From the IMG/VR virus record IMGVR_UViG_3300049924_000412, positions 1 to 26,428 of that record: a stretch of DNA of 26,428 bases; one strand, given 5' to 3'. Source of the DNA: a virus (lineage: Duplodnaviria; Caudoviricetes). How positions within the stretch are numbered: the first letter of the stretch is position 1; each line of letters begins with the position of its first letter. The position numbers and the translations under genes were made by a program. Of this stretch, positions 17,002-25,088 are shown piece after piece. Below the pieces are notes generated by a model, which saw only the letters and a program-made list of their open reading frames with translations, was not told the DNA's origin and searched no databases.

Positions 17002-17157
17002 CGGCGGACTTACCGTAGGATCGCCGCTATTCATGCGGCGGGGGTGGTCTGTGGACCATTTCAGCCATCGACATGTTGCACTACAAAACCGTTGCCACGT
17101 TGGACGATTAGCCTGAAAGTTTTTTTGGCACCACTGGCACTGCATCTCATGCCCCAT
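16990..17157 (-). CDS. Small Zn-finger protein
   Basis: CQWCQKNF...QRFCSATCR; GGAGGGGGAG RBS before the ATG at 17157. Confidence 0.6.
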   Translation of the reverse strand: MGHEMQCQWCQKNFQANRPTWQRFCSATCRWLKWSTDHPRRMNSGDPTVSPPSVR

Positions 17158-17407
17158 AATGGCTCCCCCTCCATTGCAACCTCTTGCGAATGTCGTCCCG
17201 TACCGCAAGGTTGCGTTGAATCATGCCACGCAACCCGTCCCCTAACTCCAGTAATTGCGCCCTCATGTGACGTGGCGGGATATGGTCAACGCTACTAGCA
17301 GGCATTCCACAATAAATACATGGCGTTAGGTAAAGCGACTCCTCCTCTGCTGAGAGAAAACCTTCCCCACTGCAAAAACTCAACACATCCACGTCATCAG
17401 ATTTCAT
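17147..17407 (-). pseudogene. HNH endonuclease remnant with apparent in-frame internal deletion
   Basis: Has CIYCG...SVDHIPP but lacks the downstream CxxCN half of the HNH fold. Confidence 0.55.
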
Positions 17408-17449
17408 GGGATCCCCCTCTCACAACGCGTTGTAGGTACATTGCAATGC

Positions 17450-17478
17450 ATTGTAAGATATTCCAGCGATGGAGTCCA
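17450..17478 (-). promoter_or_regulatory. Putative promoter (TGGACT-17-TACAAT)
   Basis: Exact 17-bp spacing; upstream of the ORF starting at 17407. Confidence 0.5.
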
Positions 17479-17493
17479 GGGGACGCCACTATC

Positions 17494-17733
17494 TCACACC
17501 AGCAGCCACGGGTACTGTCTCGCTAACCTGGCCGCATCCTCTTGGCTCATCCCCTCCGCTTGAGCTAAGATCTTGGCTCGCTCTTTCTCGCTCGTATACC
17601 GCTCTGACAGGTGGCTGACGTCCTTCCCGGCATGCACGCCGGAGGAAATCATCCTCAGGAGTTGCTGCACGCCAGAACAACACGCGATTGCGTCGTAGAG
17701 CGCAAGGCCAAATTCTTCCCGTGTCTGAGTCAT
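17494..17733 (-). CDS. Hypothetical protein (79 aa)
   Basis: Start reassigned to MTQTREEF at 17733 (ATGA overlap with the upstream stop). Confidence 0.65.
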   Translation of the reverse strand: MTQTREEFGLALYDAIACCSGVQQLLRMISSGVHAGKDVSHLSERYTSEKERAKILAQAEGMSQEDAARLARQYPWLLV

Positions 17734-17891
17734 GACTTGTGCGACCTCCCACTCTGGCACCATTTACACGTCGTTAGCCCCTGAGTTGAGCCCACAGTAA
17801 ACCCGATCACGACGGTACAGCCTGGCGTACTACATTCGCGAAAGTCGTACTTTTGCGGGTAGTGATTTTCATTTCTTACATACGGCTTCAT
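17730..17891 (-). CDS. Small Cys-rich (Zn-ribbon) protein (53 aa)
   Basis: Not in the track. MKPYVRNENHYPQKYDFRECSTPGCTVVIGF...TCKWCQSGRSHKS; ATGA overlaps at both ends. Confidence 0.65.
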   Translation of the reverse strand: MKPYVRNENHYPQKYDFRECSTPGCTVVIGFTVGSTQGLTTCKWCQSGRSHKS

Positions 17892-18490
17892 GCAATCCTC
17901 TTCATATCCATCTCACCAACCAACTGCATAAGTGATTCATGCGCGTCTACCGGAAGCTGCCCCATCGCCCAGGCACGATCAATAAGCCCTTTCTTCGATG
18001 CCTCAGTAATCGCGAGCGCTTTCATATTCCGGTCTGTCCCTGGCATCATCGACCATTGCGGCTTCTTCCCAGTCGCCTCAGCCGCATTCACCGCCTGCAC
18101 GTACACGTCTTTAAACGCCATACGTGCGGCAACCATGTCACCCCCTAAGGCGAGTGCCGCGCCAAACGCTTCACGCATCGGATCAGTGACAAACACAGTT
18201 GGGGCATCGCTCGACACCTTCGGCGCAATCATGGCCCATGCCTGCTCCGCGCTCGGATGTCCGGTCGGATCTAGTAGCGCTCTTACCTCGCTGATAGACG
18301 GCCACTGCTTTGATTTCGATGCTAGGGCATAGCAGGTCTTGAGCCACTGCTCAGGGCTCGCGTCTTTAAACGTCGCGAAATACAGCTCTTGCTGGGCAAT
18401 CGCGATATCAGTTTCCCCCTCATAGCGTGCCCCCCACGGCTGTGCAATCAACGTAAACCAGCCCTTCAAAAACTCTTTCGGTGTCATCAT
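17888..18490 (-). CDS. Putative replicative helicase loader/inhibitor-like protein
   Basis: Follows the initiator; WPSISEVR...PSAEQAW...ARMAFKDVY resembles G39P-like phage proteins. Confidence 0.55.
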   Translation of the reverse strand: MMTPKEFLKGWFTLIAQPWGARYEGETDIAIAQQELYFATFKDASPEQWLKTCYALASKSKQWPSISEVRALLDPTGHPSAEQAWAMIAPKVSSDAPTVFVTDPMREAFGAALALGGDMVAARMAFKDVYVQAVNAAEATGKKPQWSMMPGTDRNMKALAITEASKKGLIDRAWAMGQLPVDAHESLMQLVGEMDMKRIA

Positions 18491-19281
18491 TCCTCCTCCT
18501 TGTGGCGTTCAAGAAAGCTATTCAGTCCACGTTTAAAAGCACTCTCCAAAGGCCGCACATCATCCGCCCACATCCCGCGATTGAGCCAGGTTGCCGGATA
18601 GGGAATGTACTGCCCTCCATCTCGCTTCCATTGCTCCGCTTGCTTTGCGTTCTCAAGCACTGCGAGCAGATCAGCGAGCGGCGGCTTATCCCTCGCCTTC
18701 TCCCATGCCTTCAGTGCGCTCTTCTTCCCTCCGACCTTCCGAGGGTAGGCTTGCCAGAATTGCTCAAATTCCGATTCAGAAGAATTAAGAGAAGAAGAAT
18801 TAAGAGAAGAAGATATAGAAGTAGAAGTAGGATGATATGAGTTTGTTATATCAGGTGATATAACATGTGTTATGACTGGTTTTCTCTTATTCCACCTAGA
18901 CTTCATGCCCTTCTTGCCAGCTATGCTCTTCTTTTTTACGAACACTTCTTGCTCTTTTTTTGAGAGATTCCATTTCAAATAATCATGAATGTAATACCCA
19001 CCATCTCGTGTTTCCCATAACCCATACTCAACCATATACGGAGCCCATTCGATATCATTTGCTTGACATCCTACTGTCGCGTATTCACCTACTGATCCTG
19101 TGTCAATGCCTAAATTTTCAAAACCAGACTGGAGCAAGAGAACTGCAGAGTGCGGAATGAATCCATCCGTTTTATTCTGACTAGCAAAGCAGATAGCGCG
19201 GATTTGCAGTAAGGCGGCTAATGGTCCAGCTGCTAGCAACTTCGGGTGTGTTGCAAACCCATCATCAATCTTCACCCACAT
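18487..19281 (-). CDS. Phage replication initiator protein
   Basis: N-terminal WVKIDDGF..HPK...GYYIHDY; C-terminal FEQFWQAYPRK..KKSA.KAW...YIPYPATWLN; low-complexity central linker. Confidence 0.85.
   Translation of the reverse strand: MWVKIDDGFATHPKLLAAGPLAALLQIRAICFASQNKTDGFIPHSAVLLLQSGFENLGIDTGSVGEYATVGCQANDIEWAPYMVEYGLWETRDGGYYIHDYLKWNLSKKEQEVFVKKKSIAGKKGMKSRWNKRKPVITHVISPDITNSYHPTSTSISSSLNSSSLNSSESEFEQFWQAYPRKVGGKKSALKAWEKARDKPPLADLLAVLENAKQAEQWKRDGGQYIPYPATWLNRGMWADDVRPLESAFKRGLNSFLERHKEEE
18778..18873. other. Probable replication origin inside the initiator gene
   Basis: AT-rich; 15-bp direct repeat AGAAGAATTAAGAGA x2 (18778-18807); inverted repeats TGTTATATCA-gg-TGATATAACA (18844-65) and ATAACA-tg-TGTTAT. 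Lambda-O-like arrangement. Confidence 0.55.
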
Positions 19282-19292
19282 TTCCACCCCTC

Positions 19293-19441
19293 AAAAAGAG
19301 AACGGCTCTCAAGGCTGGAAGGTCCTCAAGAGCCGTTCAGGTCCGCGACTCACGCGAACGTGAGCCAGAGACTTTTCTTGCCTGCTTCCAGTCAGGCGTT
19401 ATTTGTGCGCCACTTTTACCACAGGCTTACACTGGAGTCCA
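19293..19441 (-). ncRNA. C4-like structured leader/attenuator upstream of the replication genes
   Basis: Promoter TGGACT-17-TAAAAG; CTGGAAG; UUCG hairpin CTCACG-TTCG-CGTGAG; terminator stem GAACGGCTCT/AGAGCCGTTC plus U-tract, with CTTCCAG in the loop. Confidence 0.55.
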
Positions 19442-19446
19442 CACGA

Positions 19447-19851
19447 TCACACCACATCCTTGACTCTCGCCCCATGCCGCATCGCATAATTGCCACCGAC
19501 TCGGACACAGTAATAGGCTGCCTTGGCCACTGGCCAGGACACGCCACGCTCGCGCAAGAGGCGGTAGAAAATGCCGTCAACGGTTTTGCGATACGAACTC
19601 TCCAGCTTACTTTCGCGCATGAGCTGATAGAGGGCATCGTGGATCAATGATGGGACCATCCATTTCTTAGGCGTGCCGAACCAATAGAACAAGATGAAGC
19701 TCGCGCCGTCCCACGGATACTCACTCTCAACCGTCAGCACGCCATCACATAAATCTACATACCCTGTTTGCAAAGTTAGCTTTGCCAACTCCGGAACATC
19801 CGCCCGTTCCTGCGCCTCCGTCTTGTACTTCCACCCATCGCTATACTTCAT
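19447..19851 (-). CDS. DUF1353-like protein
   Basis: Y.WDGAS...PSLIHDALYQ...D..F..LL...GV......YY.VR.GG. Confidence 0.75.
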   Translation of the reverse strand: MKYSDGWKYKTEAQERADVPELAKLTLQTGYVDLCDGVLTVESEYPWDGASFILFYWFGTPKKWMVPSLIHDALYQLMRESKLESSYRKTVDGIFYRLLRERGVSWPVAKAAYYCVRVGGNYAMRHGARVKDVV

Positions 19852-20039
19852 GGCCGTCGCGCCTCTTCAATCAGCCGTTCCTGCCGCACTAATTCCGCCT
19901 TGACCACCGCTAGATGCTGTTCAACCTGCTCCACCGTCGCCGGTCGCACCGGCTTCTGCTTGACCGCCCATTCAGACGCCGTGTAGGTTCCCGCTATCAC
20001 CAACAGAATCACGCCAATTGATCGTAGGTAGTTCGTCAT
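19848..20039 (-). CDS. Small membrane-anchored hypothetical protein
   Basis: N-terminal hydrophobic helix followed by a coiled coil. Confidence 0.65.
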   Translation of the reverse strand: MTNYLRSIGVILLVIAGTYTASEWAVKQKPVRPATVEQVEQHLAVVKAELVRQERLIEEARRP

Positions 20040-20046
20040 GTTTTCC

Positions 20047-20256
20047 TCACTTTCTCCGTTCTCTCAGCTCTTGCAAAATTGCGAATGTTACCGTTCCCCC
20101 TGGCATATACCGATAGGCTTTATCGTGCTCCTTCACCATCCGCACGACCCAGGCATGCTCACGCCTGAGCAGATCCACAGCGGTATCCGACCAAATCCCC
20201 CCATCAATCTCCATGCGCTCTTTCACCATTCGCTCAAATAGATCTGGTTGTTTCAT
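20047..20256 (-). CDS. Hypothetical protein (69 aa)
   Basis: ATGA overlap with the upstream stop. Confidence 0.65.
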   Translation of the reverse strand: MKQPDLFERMVKERMEIDGGIWSDTAVDLLRREHAWVVRMVKEHDKAYRYMPGGTVTFAILQELRERRK

Positions 20257-20972
20257 GATTCCACCTTCTTAAATTTCAAGCACCATACCCAAGGGTTCAG
20301 ATCCCACGAGCCCTTGCCGTTTATCGATTCCCAGAGATACTCATAGGCCTGGATAGGATTCCAGCGCATATCACCATCTGGTGTAACCCCTTCCGCGATC
20401 GCATCTTCCTCACTGATCTCTTGCAACCGCTCCACCCGTACGTCGGTCAGTTCCAGCACGGTCCGGCAGGCCCAGCGCGGCATGTAGATACCAGGTATGG
20501 TCTTGTCAAACCGTCCGATGCAATGATCATAGATGGGGTGTGGATAGGCCCATTCCGAAAGTAATCGTTTTACTCCTCCTCCTTTGTAAACCAGGTAGTC
20601 CTTGCCGTACATTGCTGCTCTCTCAATGAGAGCTGTTTGTTGTTGCGGGCTCAGATCCTCCCACCGCACATGCTTGGTGCGCTTTGACTCCTCCTCCATG
20701 CATTCCCAGTATGTAAAGGCCTCGCGCACCCAGAGCCGATCGCCGACGACCCCGAAGGGCGATTGCACTCTTGTCACCAGTCCTCCGCTCTGCTCATTCC
20801 CAATGTAGGCAACACCGTTCGAAGTACCTAACTCCCCCATTAAAATCTTGGCATCGTCATCAGGTTGCAGCTTCACAATCCGCCTGGTTTGATTTTTTAT
20901 CCCATCAAATACACGCTGGGCATTCTCAGGTGTAAATAAAATAGGCCTCTCCTTTACCGTTGGTGGGGACAT
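20253..20972 (-). CDS. ASCH/PUA-like phage protein (KERPILF...QTRR family)
   Basis: KERPILF, KNQTRR, GDRLWVRE, P.IYMPRWA.R..LE.TDVRVERLQEISEEDAIAEG, W..NPWVW...F. Confidence 0.85.
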   Translation of the reverse strand: MSPPTVKERPILFTPENAQRVFDGIKNQTRRIVKLQPDDDAKILMGELGTSNGVAYIGNEQSGGLVTRVQSPFGVVGDRLWVREAFTYWECMEEESKRTKHVRWEDLSPQQQTALIERAAMYGKDYLVYKGGGVKRLLSEWAYPHPIYDHCIGRFDKTIPGIYMPRWACRTVLELTDVRVERLQEISEEDAIAEGVTPDGDMRWNPIQAYEYLWESINGKGSWDLNPWVWCLKFKKVES

Positions 20973-21397
20973 ATCCCTCCATTCCGCACCTTGCCTTGAT
21001 TGCAGTTCGCACAGAGCAACTGGTACGCATCTTTAGGGAAACCATTTCTCTTGAGAAAGAAGTAGATAGGGCGGGCTCCACGGCCGAGCGTTTTCCTGTG
21101 ATGACATCCGTCGTTCAGAATATGGTCTAACTCTAGGAACTTCGGCTCTTTCTCCCCGCAACAGGCACAAACAGAACCGTATGCCTCAATCACTGTGGCT
21201 CGTAATCCAGCGTATCTAGTTTTCTCACGTTCATTGTTCTTGGCCTTATGCCTGTCTGACAATTCTAGCCGCCTCAGGCGAATCGCTTCCCTATTTTCCA
21301 TATACCGATCACGCTCCATACGTTTAAGCTCTTCCCTGTTATTCCTGTACCTTCGTCTGCTATAGGCAATCCGTGCGGCCCTGTCTTTTAATGGCAT
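20954..21397 (-). CDS. HNH (putative homing) endonuclease
   Basis: Basic helical N-terminus; YGSVCACCGE...LELDHILNDG...YQLLCANCN. Confidence 0.85.
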   Translation of the reverse strand: MPLKDRAARIAYSRRRYRNNREELKRMERDRYMENREAIRLRRLELSDRHKAKNNEREKTRYAGLRATVIEAYGSVCACCGEKEPKFLELDHILNDGCHHRKTLGRGARPIYFFLKRNGFPKDAYQLLCANCNQGKVRNGGICPHQR

Positions 21398-21450
21398 TCA
21401 TACACCTGCTGCGCATTCTCTGGATCCATCAAGATCGGTCGCTCTTTCAT
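21388..21450 (-). pseudogene. 5' stub of the ASCH-like gene (MKERPILMDPENAQQVYECH*)
   Basis: GGAGGA RBS; 12 of 17 residues identical to KERPILFTPENAQRVFD at the start of 20253..20972; runs into the HNH start. Confidence 0.85.
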
Positions 21451-21453
21451 AAC

Positions 21454-21540
21454 CTATTCCTCCGCCATCGCCTTGCGCCGCTCAATATAAAAGTCCCACG
21501 CCGCTTGTTCGGCTGCTTGTTCTTCCGGTGTCCTGATCAT
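21454..21540 (-). CDS. Tiny hypothetical peptide (28 aa)
   Basis: MIRTPEEQAAEQAAWDFYIERRKAMAEE; AGGAGGAG RBS and ATGA overlap. Confidence 0.55.
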   Translation of the reverse strand: MIRTPEEQAAEQAAWDFYIERRKAMAEE

Positions 21541-21734
21541 GGCTCCTCCTTTTGGTAGCGTGTGAGTTTTTGCCGTAACCGCCAAATGCCCTTATGCGCC
21601 CCCAGGACCTCACGCCGCAATTGCAGGTATTCGGCCCTGAATAATTCCGCTCTGTGACCATGTTGGTGTGCCAATCCCTCATAGTGCTGAGCCAACTGTT
21701 TCCACTTGGCAATTTCACTCCATGGCCACATCAT
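21537..21734 (-). CDS. Hypothetical protein (65 aa)
   Basis: Start/stop overlaps with both neighbours. Confidence 0.6.
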   Translation of the reverse strand: MMWPWSEIAKWKQLAQHYEGLAHQHGHRAELFRAEYLQLRREVLGAHKGIWRLRQKLTRYQKEEP

Positions 21735-22219
21735 ACCACCACATCCATGACCTCAAACCCACTCTTGCCGTTGCGAACCACCTTTTTCCACTGGAAGAAG
21801 GGAAACCGTTGGGCACTCCACTTCAGGTGTGTCATGGCGTCCCTGTAGTTGCGATGCCAGCCCTTACATTCGTATGCCGTCATCTCCATGTGCGGTTCCA
21901 AGCCGATGGTCATCTTCCACGAAATAAAGTCCACGCGATACCGCTTCCCCTCCGCGAGCTTGAACGTGAACGGCTCGTACAGCCAGCCGTCTATCTCGCC
22001 CATGCGCTTCATCGCCTCCAGCCGTACAGCCCAAGAAAGCTCCAGCTTGCTTCGGTAGGGAGGTTTAGAGGGTGAGGGGGCCAGAGTCGAACTGGCTCCG
22101 CTTATTTTCTTCGTCGGATATGTCCTCGTTACACTTCCGCGTATTGAGGCTTCCATGTGGCCCCCGCCACCGCCCCTCACCTGCTTCAAATCCTCTTCAC
22201 TCCAACGATAGGCTTTCAT
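21731..22219 (-). CDS. PD-(D/E)XK endonuclease (DUF1064-like, possible resolvase)
   Basis: YRSKLE..WA..L...K..GEI..W.YEP..FKLA....Y.VDF...YECKG. Confidence 0.75.
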   Translation of the reverse strand: MKAYRWSEEDLKQVRGGGGGHMEASIRGSVTRTYPTKKISGASSTLAPSPSKPPYRSKLELSWAVRLEAMKRMGEIDGWLYEPFTFKLAEGKRYRVDFISWKMTIGLEPHMEMTAYECKGWHRNYRDAMTHLKWSAQRFPFFQWKKVVRNGKSGFEVMDVVV

Positions 22220-23070
22220 CGAAGGACCCCCAAGCGTTTCAAGGTCAACGCTTTGGCTTTCTCGACCGCCTGTTGATCCTCCTCGCTATGTGCGTCGCGC
22301 TCATCCATCCACGCATTCATAACTGCCGCGAATTCCGCCTTGCTTTCGCACAGCACCAATTGCTGGCAGACATTCGAGGCGATGAGTTGAGGTGGAGCAG
22401 CATCGCGAGCTTGCTGAGTGACACCTTCTTCCGGTTGTCTCACGCCGTCCCGCTCCACCGGCTTGTTATTGCGTTGCATCTTATCCAACACCGCCGCGCC
22501 CTTGTCCGGCTTGCGTTCCGGTGTCCGTGGCCGCTGCATGGGCTCTTCCCCGGCCTGATCCAGCTCCTCACGCACATAGAGCCCGCTCAATTCCGACGGG
22601 AATGCCTTGCGTAGCGCCAGAGCCTCCGCACATTTCTCCAACATCCTGTTCGGCATCTTCTTCCACATATGCCCTTGCTGATCGCCAGGGTAGTATTCAC
22701 TCCATCGCGCCGTAGCCGACCATGCCCCCCGATTGCCCATGCCACGATCCCGATGCACCCTTACCGTCGCTTCAAAATCGACCGATCCCGGTTTCCCCTT
22801 GAACACCGTTTCATCCTGGCCTGCAAACTGATTTGTGGCGTGTGCGCGTTGATAGAAGAAATCAATACTGGTAATCGGGACATACCGCCCGCCACGCTTG
22901 GTAAAATGAATCAACCGATCCAACGGATGCACGCCACGCCGCTTACAATCATAGAAATACAACTGCATTTCGGAGTCCGTCGCATCCTTACAGACCGTGC
23001 TCTTGATGATGTCCACTTGTTCCCCTGTAATCACCACTTCTCCCGCTTCCTTGACCATCAGCTCGTTCAT
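22216..23070 (-). CDS. bet: Phage recombination protein Bet (RecT/Red-beta family)
   Basis: TSIDFF...A..T.QFAG, ARWSEY, W.KMP..ML.KCAEALALRKAFP.ELSGLY..EE. Confidence 0.9.
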   Translation of the reverse strand: MNELMVKEAGEVVITGEQVDIIKSTVCKDATDSEMQLYFYDCKRRGVHPLDRLIHFTKRGGRYVPITSIDFFYQRAHATNQFAGQDETVFKGKPGSVDFEATVRVHRDRGMGNRGAWSATARWSEYYPGDQQGHMWKKMPNRMLEKCAEALALRKAFPSELSGLYVREELDQAGEEPMQRPRTPERKPDKGAAVLDKMQRNNKPVERDGVRQPEEGVTQQARDAAPPQLIASNVCQQLVLCESKAEFAAVMNAWMDERDAHSEEDQQAVEKAKALTLKRLGVLR

Positions 23071-24014
23071 ACTGCCTCCTTTGCTGGCTTGATGAGAAAC
23101 CGACGTGAGCCCGGCCTTGTCTTCGCTTCCAGACAGGCCGCGTACGCATCAGGATAAGTCGCTTTCAGCTTCTCGACGTTCAGCTTTTCACTCACCGAAT
23201 CCTTCGCCCGTTTCCAGGTGATGCTACCAAACCCCTCAAGGATCATTTCCGACGCATCTCCACAGGCATTCTTGAGCATGTTCTCGTAGCGCGTCTGATC
23301 CGCCTCATACCCCTTCAGTGCGGTTTTGAGCGCCACCAACGAGTTCGCCGCTTCGATCAATTCCGGTGCATTCACCGTCAACACCTTGCCGGTATCCTTG
23401 GGGTACATCCGTTTAATCAGATCAGCAGTCCTTGTAGACCCATCCACCGGCGGCGGGTTGCGCGTCTGCACCCGCTCCCAAAATTCCGCCTCTTGTTTGA
23501 TCAGTTCAGCAATTACATCGTCATTCCGGTCGATGTCGAACCAGACAAACCGAGAGGTGCCGATCAGCACGCCGAACGAGGCCCATGCGTAGTCATAGAC
23601 CGCCATATAATGTTGGGCCTGAATGTAGTAGTGATCCGGCACATCATTGGCCCCATGGATCTCGCGCCCGCTCCATTCGTTCGTCGTCTTCCCTTCATAG
23701 ATCCCCGGCCCACGTGGATCATTGATAATCTGTCGGTCAATGTTCGCCAGCATCCATGGGTAGTCGTCGTGTGCCACCATCGGTTGTCGCCGCACCGCCC
23801 GACCAGTTCTGAGGCGGTAGAGCTGTACGACGGGCTCCTCCAGGATGTTCCCCAGTTCCATCGCCAAGGTTTCTTCTTCATCAGGGAGTTCAACCCCCAT
23901 CTTTTCCAAACAGAGCTGATAGGGGCTCTTAAATGGAGACAATCCGACCACCACCGCCGCATCTGTGCCCCCAATGCCAGCTTTCCGTGCTTCCAATTGT
24001 GCTTCCGTCAGCAT
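23067..24014 (-). CDS. YqaJ-like (lambda-exo family) exonuclease
   Basis: RKAGIGGTD...GLSPFKSPYQL, G..LE, ANIDR, YEGKT, VPDHYYIQAQHYM, FWERV. Confidence 0.92.
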   Translation of the reverse strand: MLTEAQLEARKAGIGGTDAAVVVGLSPFKSPYQLCLEKMGVELPDEEETLAMELGNILEEPVVQLYRLRTGRAVRRQPMVAHDDYPWMLANIDRQIINDPRGPGIYEGKTTNEWSGREIHGANDVPDHYYIQAQHYMAVYDYAWASFGVLIGTSRFVWFDIDRNDDVIAELIKQEAEFWERVQTRNPPPVDGSTRTADLIKRMYPKDTGKVLTVNAPELIEAANSLVALKTALKGYEADQTRYENMLKNACGDASEMILEGFGSITWKRAKDSVSEKLNVEKLKATYPDAYAACLEAKTRPGSRRFLIKPAKEAV

Positions 24015-24184
24015 GCTTCCTCCCCCTTCCCTAACAACCGATCCGCAAGCGTCGCCGCCTTCCGCGCAAAGATCGAATTGCGCCTGCCTTGATTCCGTGC
24101 GGCATCAATTTGCGAGCTGATCGACTGCCCGCCGAAGTAGCGCTTCTCTTTACTTTTTGGCCTGGCCGGTCGTTTCTTTCGCAT
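24008..24184 (-). CDS. Small basic hypothetical protein (58 aa)
   Basis: Not in the track. MRKKRPARPKSKEKRYFGG...; TGATG overlap with the upstream stop. Confidence 0.55.
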   Translation of the reverse strand: MRKKRPARPKSKEKRYFGGQSISSQIDAARNQGRRNSIFARKAATLADRLLGKGEEAC

Positions 24185-24450
24185 CAGTCCACCGCCACAT
24201 GGGAGGCGTCGTCCCCGTCACGCTCCCAGTACTGATCCGCATCCGTCACCAATCGCAGCCCACGCTTGTCCGCGAGGTACCCCTCGATAATCTCCAGGCA
24301 AAACTTTTCCAACGAGGTCCGACCCGCGCCAGGTGCAACCCCCACTTGTGAGATCCGGTGCCACGCCCGTAGTCTCCCGGCGTACACCCCGGTAATCGTG
24401 ATCGCAATCGGCTCCCCCTCCGGCCCTTTCATCCGTTTCACGTACGGCAT
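24184..24450 (-). CDS. Hypothetical protein (88 aa)
   Basis: TAATG and TGATG overlaps with neighbours. Confidence 0.65.
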   Translation of the reverse strand: MPYVKRMKGPEGEPIAITITGVYAGRLRAWHRISQVGVAPGAGRTSLEKFCLEIIEGYLADKRGLRLVTDADQYWERDGDDASHVAVD

Positions 24451-24632
24451 TATTCCCTCTTCCTCCTTTCACCCACCTTCTCATCCGCGTACAGATCCGC
24501 CACGTCTAACCGACACTCCCCACATAACGCCTCATTACTCCCCACATAACTCCCCACATAACTCCCCACATACCGCCCACAGGCCGCACAGGTGCCGGAT
24601 GGGTCGTCAAGTAAGTGGTCTGGTAGCGACAT
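24450..24632 (-). CDS. Small Zn-finger protein with YVGS repeat
   Basis: CAACG...YVGS x3...LCGEC. Confidence 0.55.
   Translation of the reverse strand: MSLPDHLLDDPSGTCAACGRYVGSYVGSYVGSNEALCGECRLDVADLYADEKVGERRKRE
24515..24572. repeat. 12-bp repeat ACTCCCCACATA, three tandem copies plus one displaced copy
   Basis: Copies at 24515, 24537, 24549 and 24561. Confidence 0.9.
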
Positions 24633-24963
24633 ATGCCTCGTCTGGCTTTTTCACTAACACGTCATACTCGCCCATCACAGGGGCATATTCTGTACTCCTC
24701 TGAAATCCACTACGCTGACAGATACCCCGCATCCGAGCGGAAGGAGTGGGCACTTTCACGGTTAACCCCTTGGCAAGCACTCGATCCACCATCGTGCGAA
24801 AATTCCCCTGCCCCGGATGCAGCGAGATAATCAGCGAGACATAGAACGCCCCATCCTTCACCCACCCATACCCCTCAAATAGATCAGGGGTAAAGCCGAT
24901 CTCGTTCGCAAATGCACTCCCTAGGCGCACCATGCCCTCTTCAACAGCGCTCACCTTACTCAT
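24607..24963 (-). CDS. GNAT-like hypothetical protein
   Basis: YVSLIISLHPGQGNF resembles GNAT motif A; ends with ..MRGICQRSGF. Confidence 0.5.
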   Translation of the reverse strand: MSKVSAVEEGMVRLGSAFANEIGFTPDLFEGYGWVKDGAFYVSLIISLHPGQGNFRTMVDRVLAKGLTVKVPTPSARMRGICQRSGFQRSTEYAPVMGEYDVLVKKPDEAYVATRPLT

Positions 24964-25079
24964 TTCATCCCCTCATACATCCGCTCTGCTGCCTCATCCG
25001 CCCGTCCTGCCACCACACACAGCGCCCACACGAAGCACATAATCGCCACCCATAAGACCGCCCCAATCAACCAGATCAT
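24960..25079 (-). CDS. Small membrane peptide (39 aa)
   Basis: MIWLIGAVLWVAIMCFVWALCVVAGRADE...; GAGGAGGAG RBS. Confidence 0.65.
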   Translation of the reverse strand: MIWLIGAVLWVAIMCFVWALCVVAGRADEAAERMYEGMK

Positions 25080-25088
25080 GTCTCCTCC

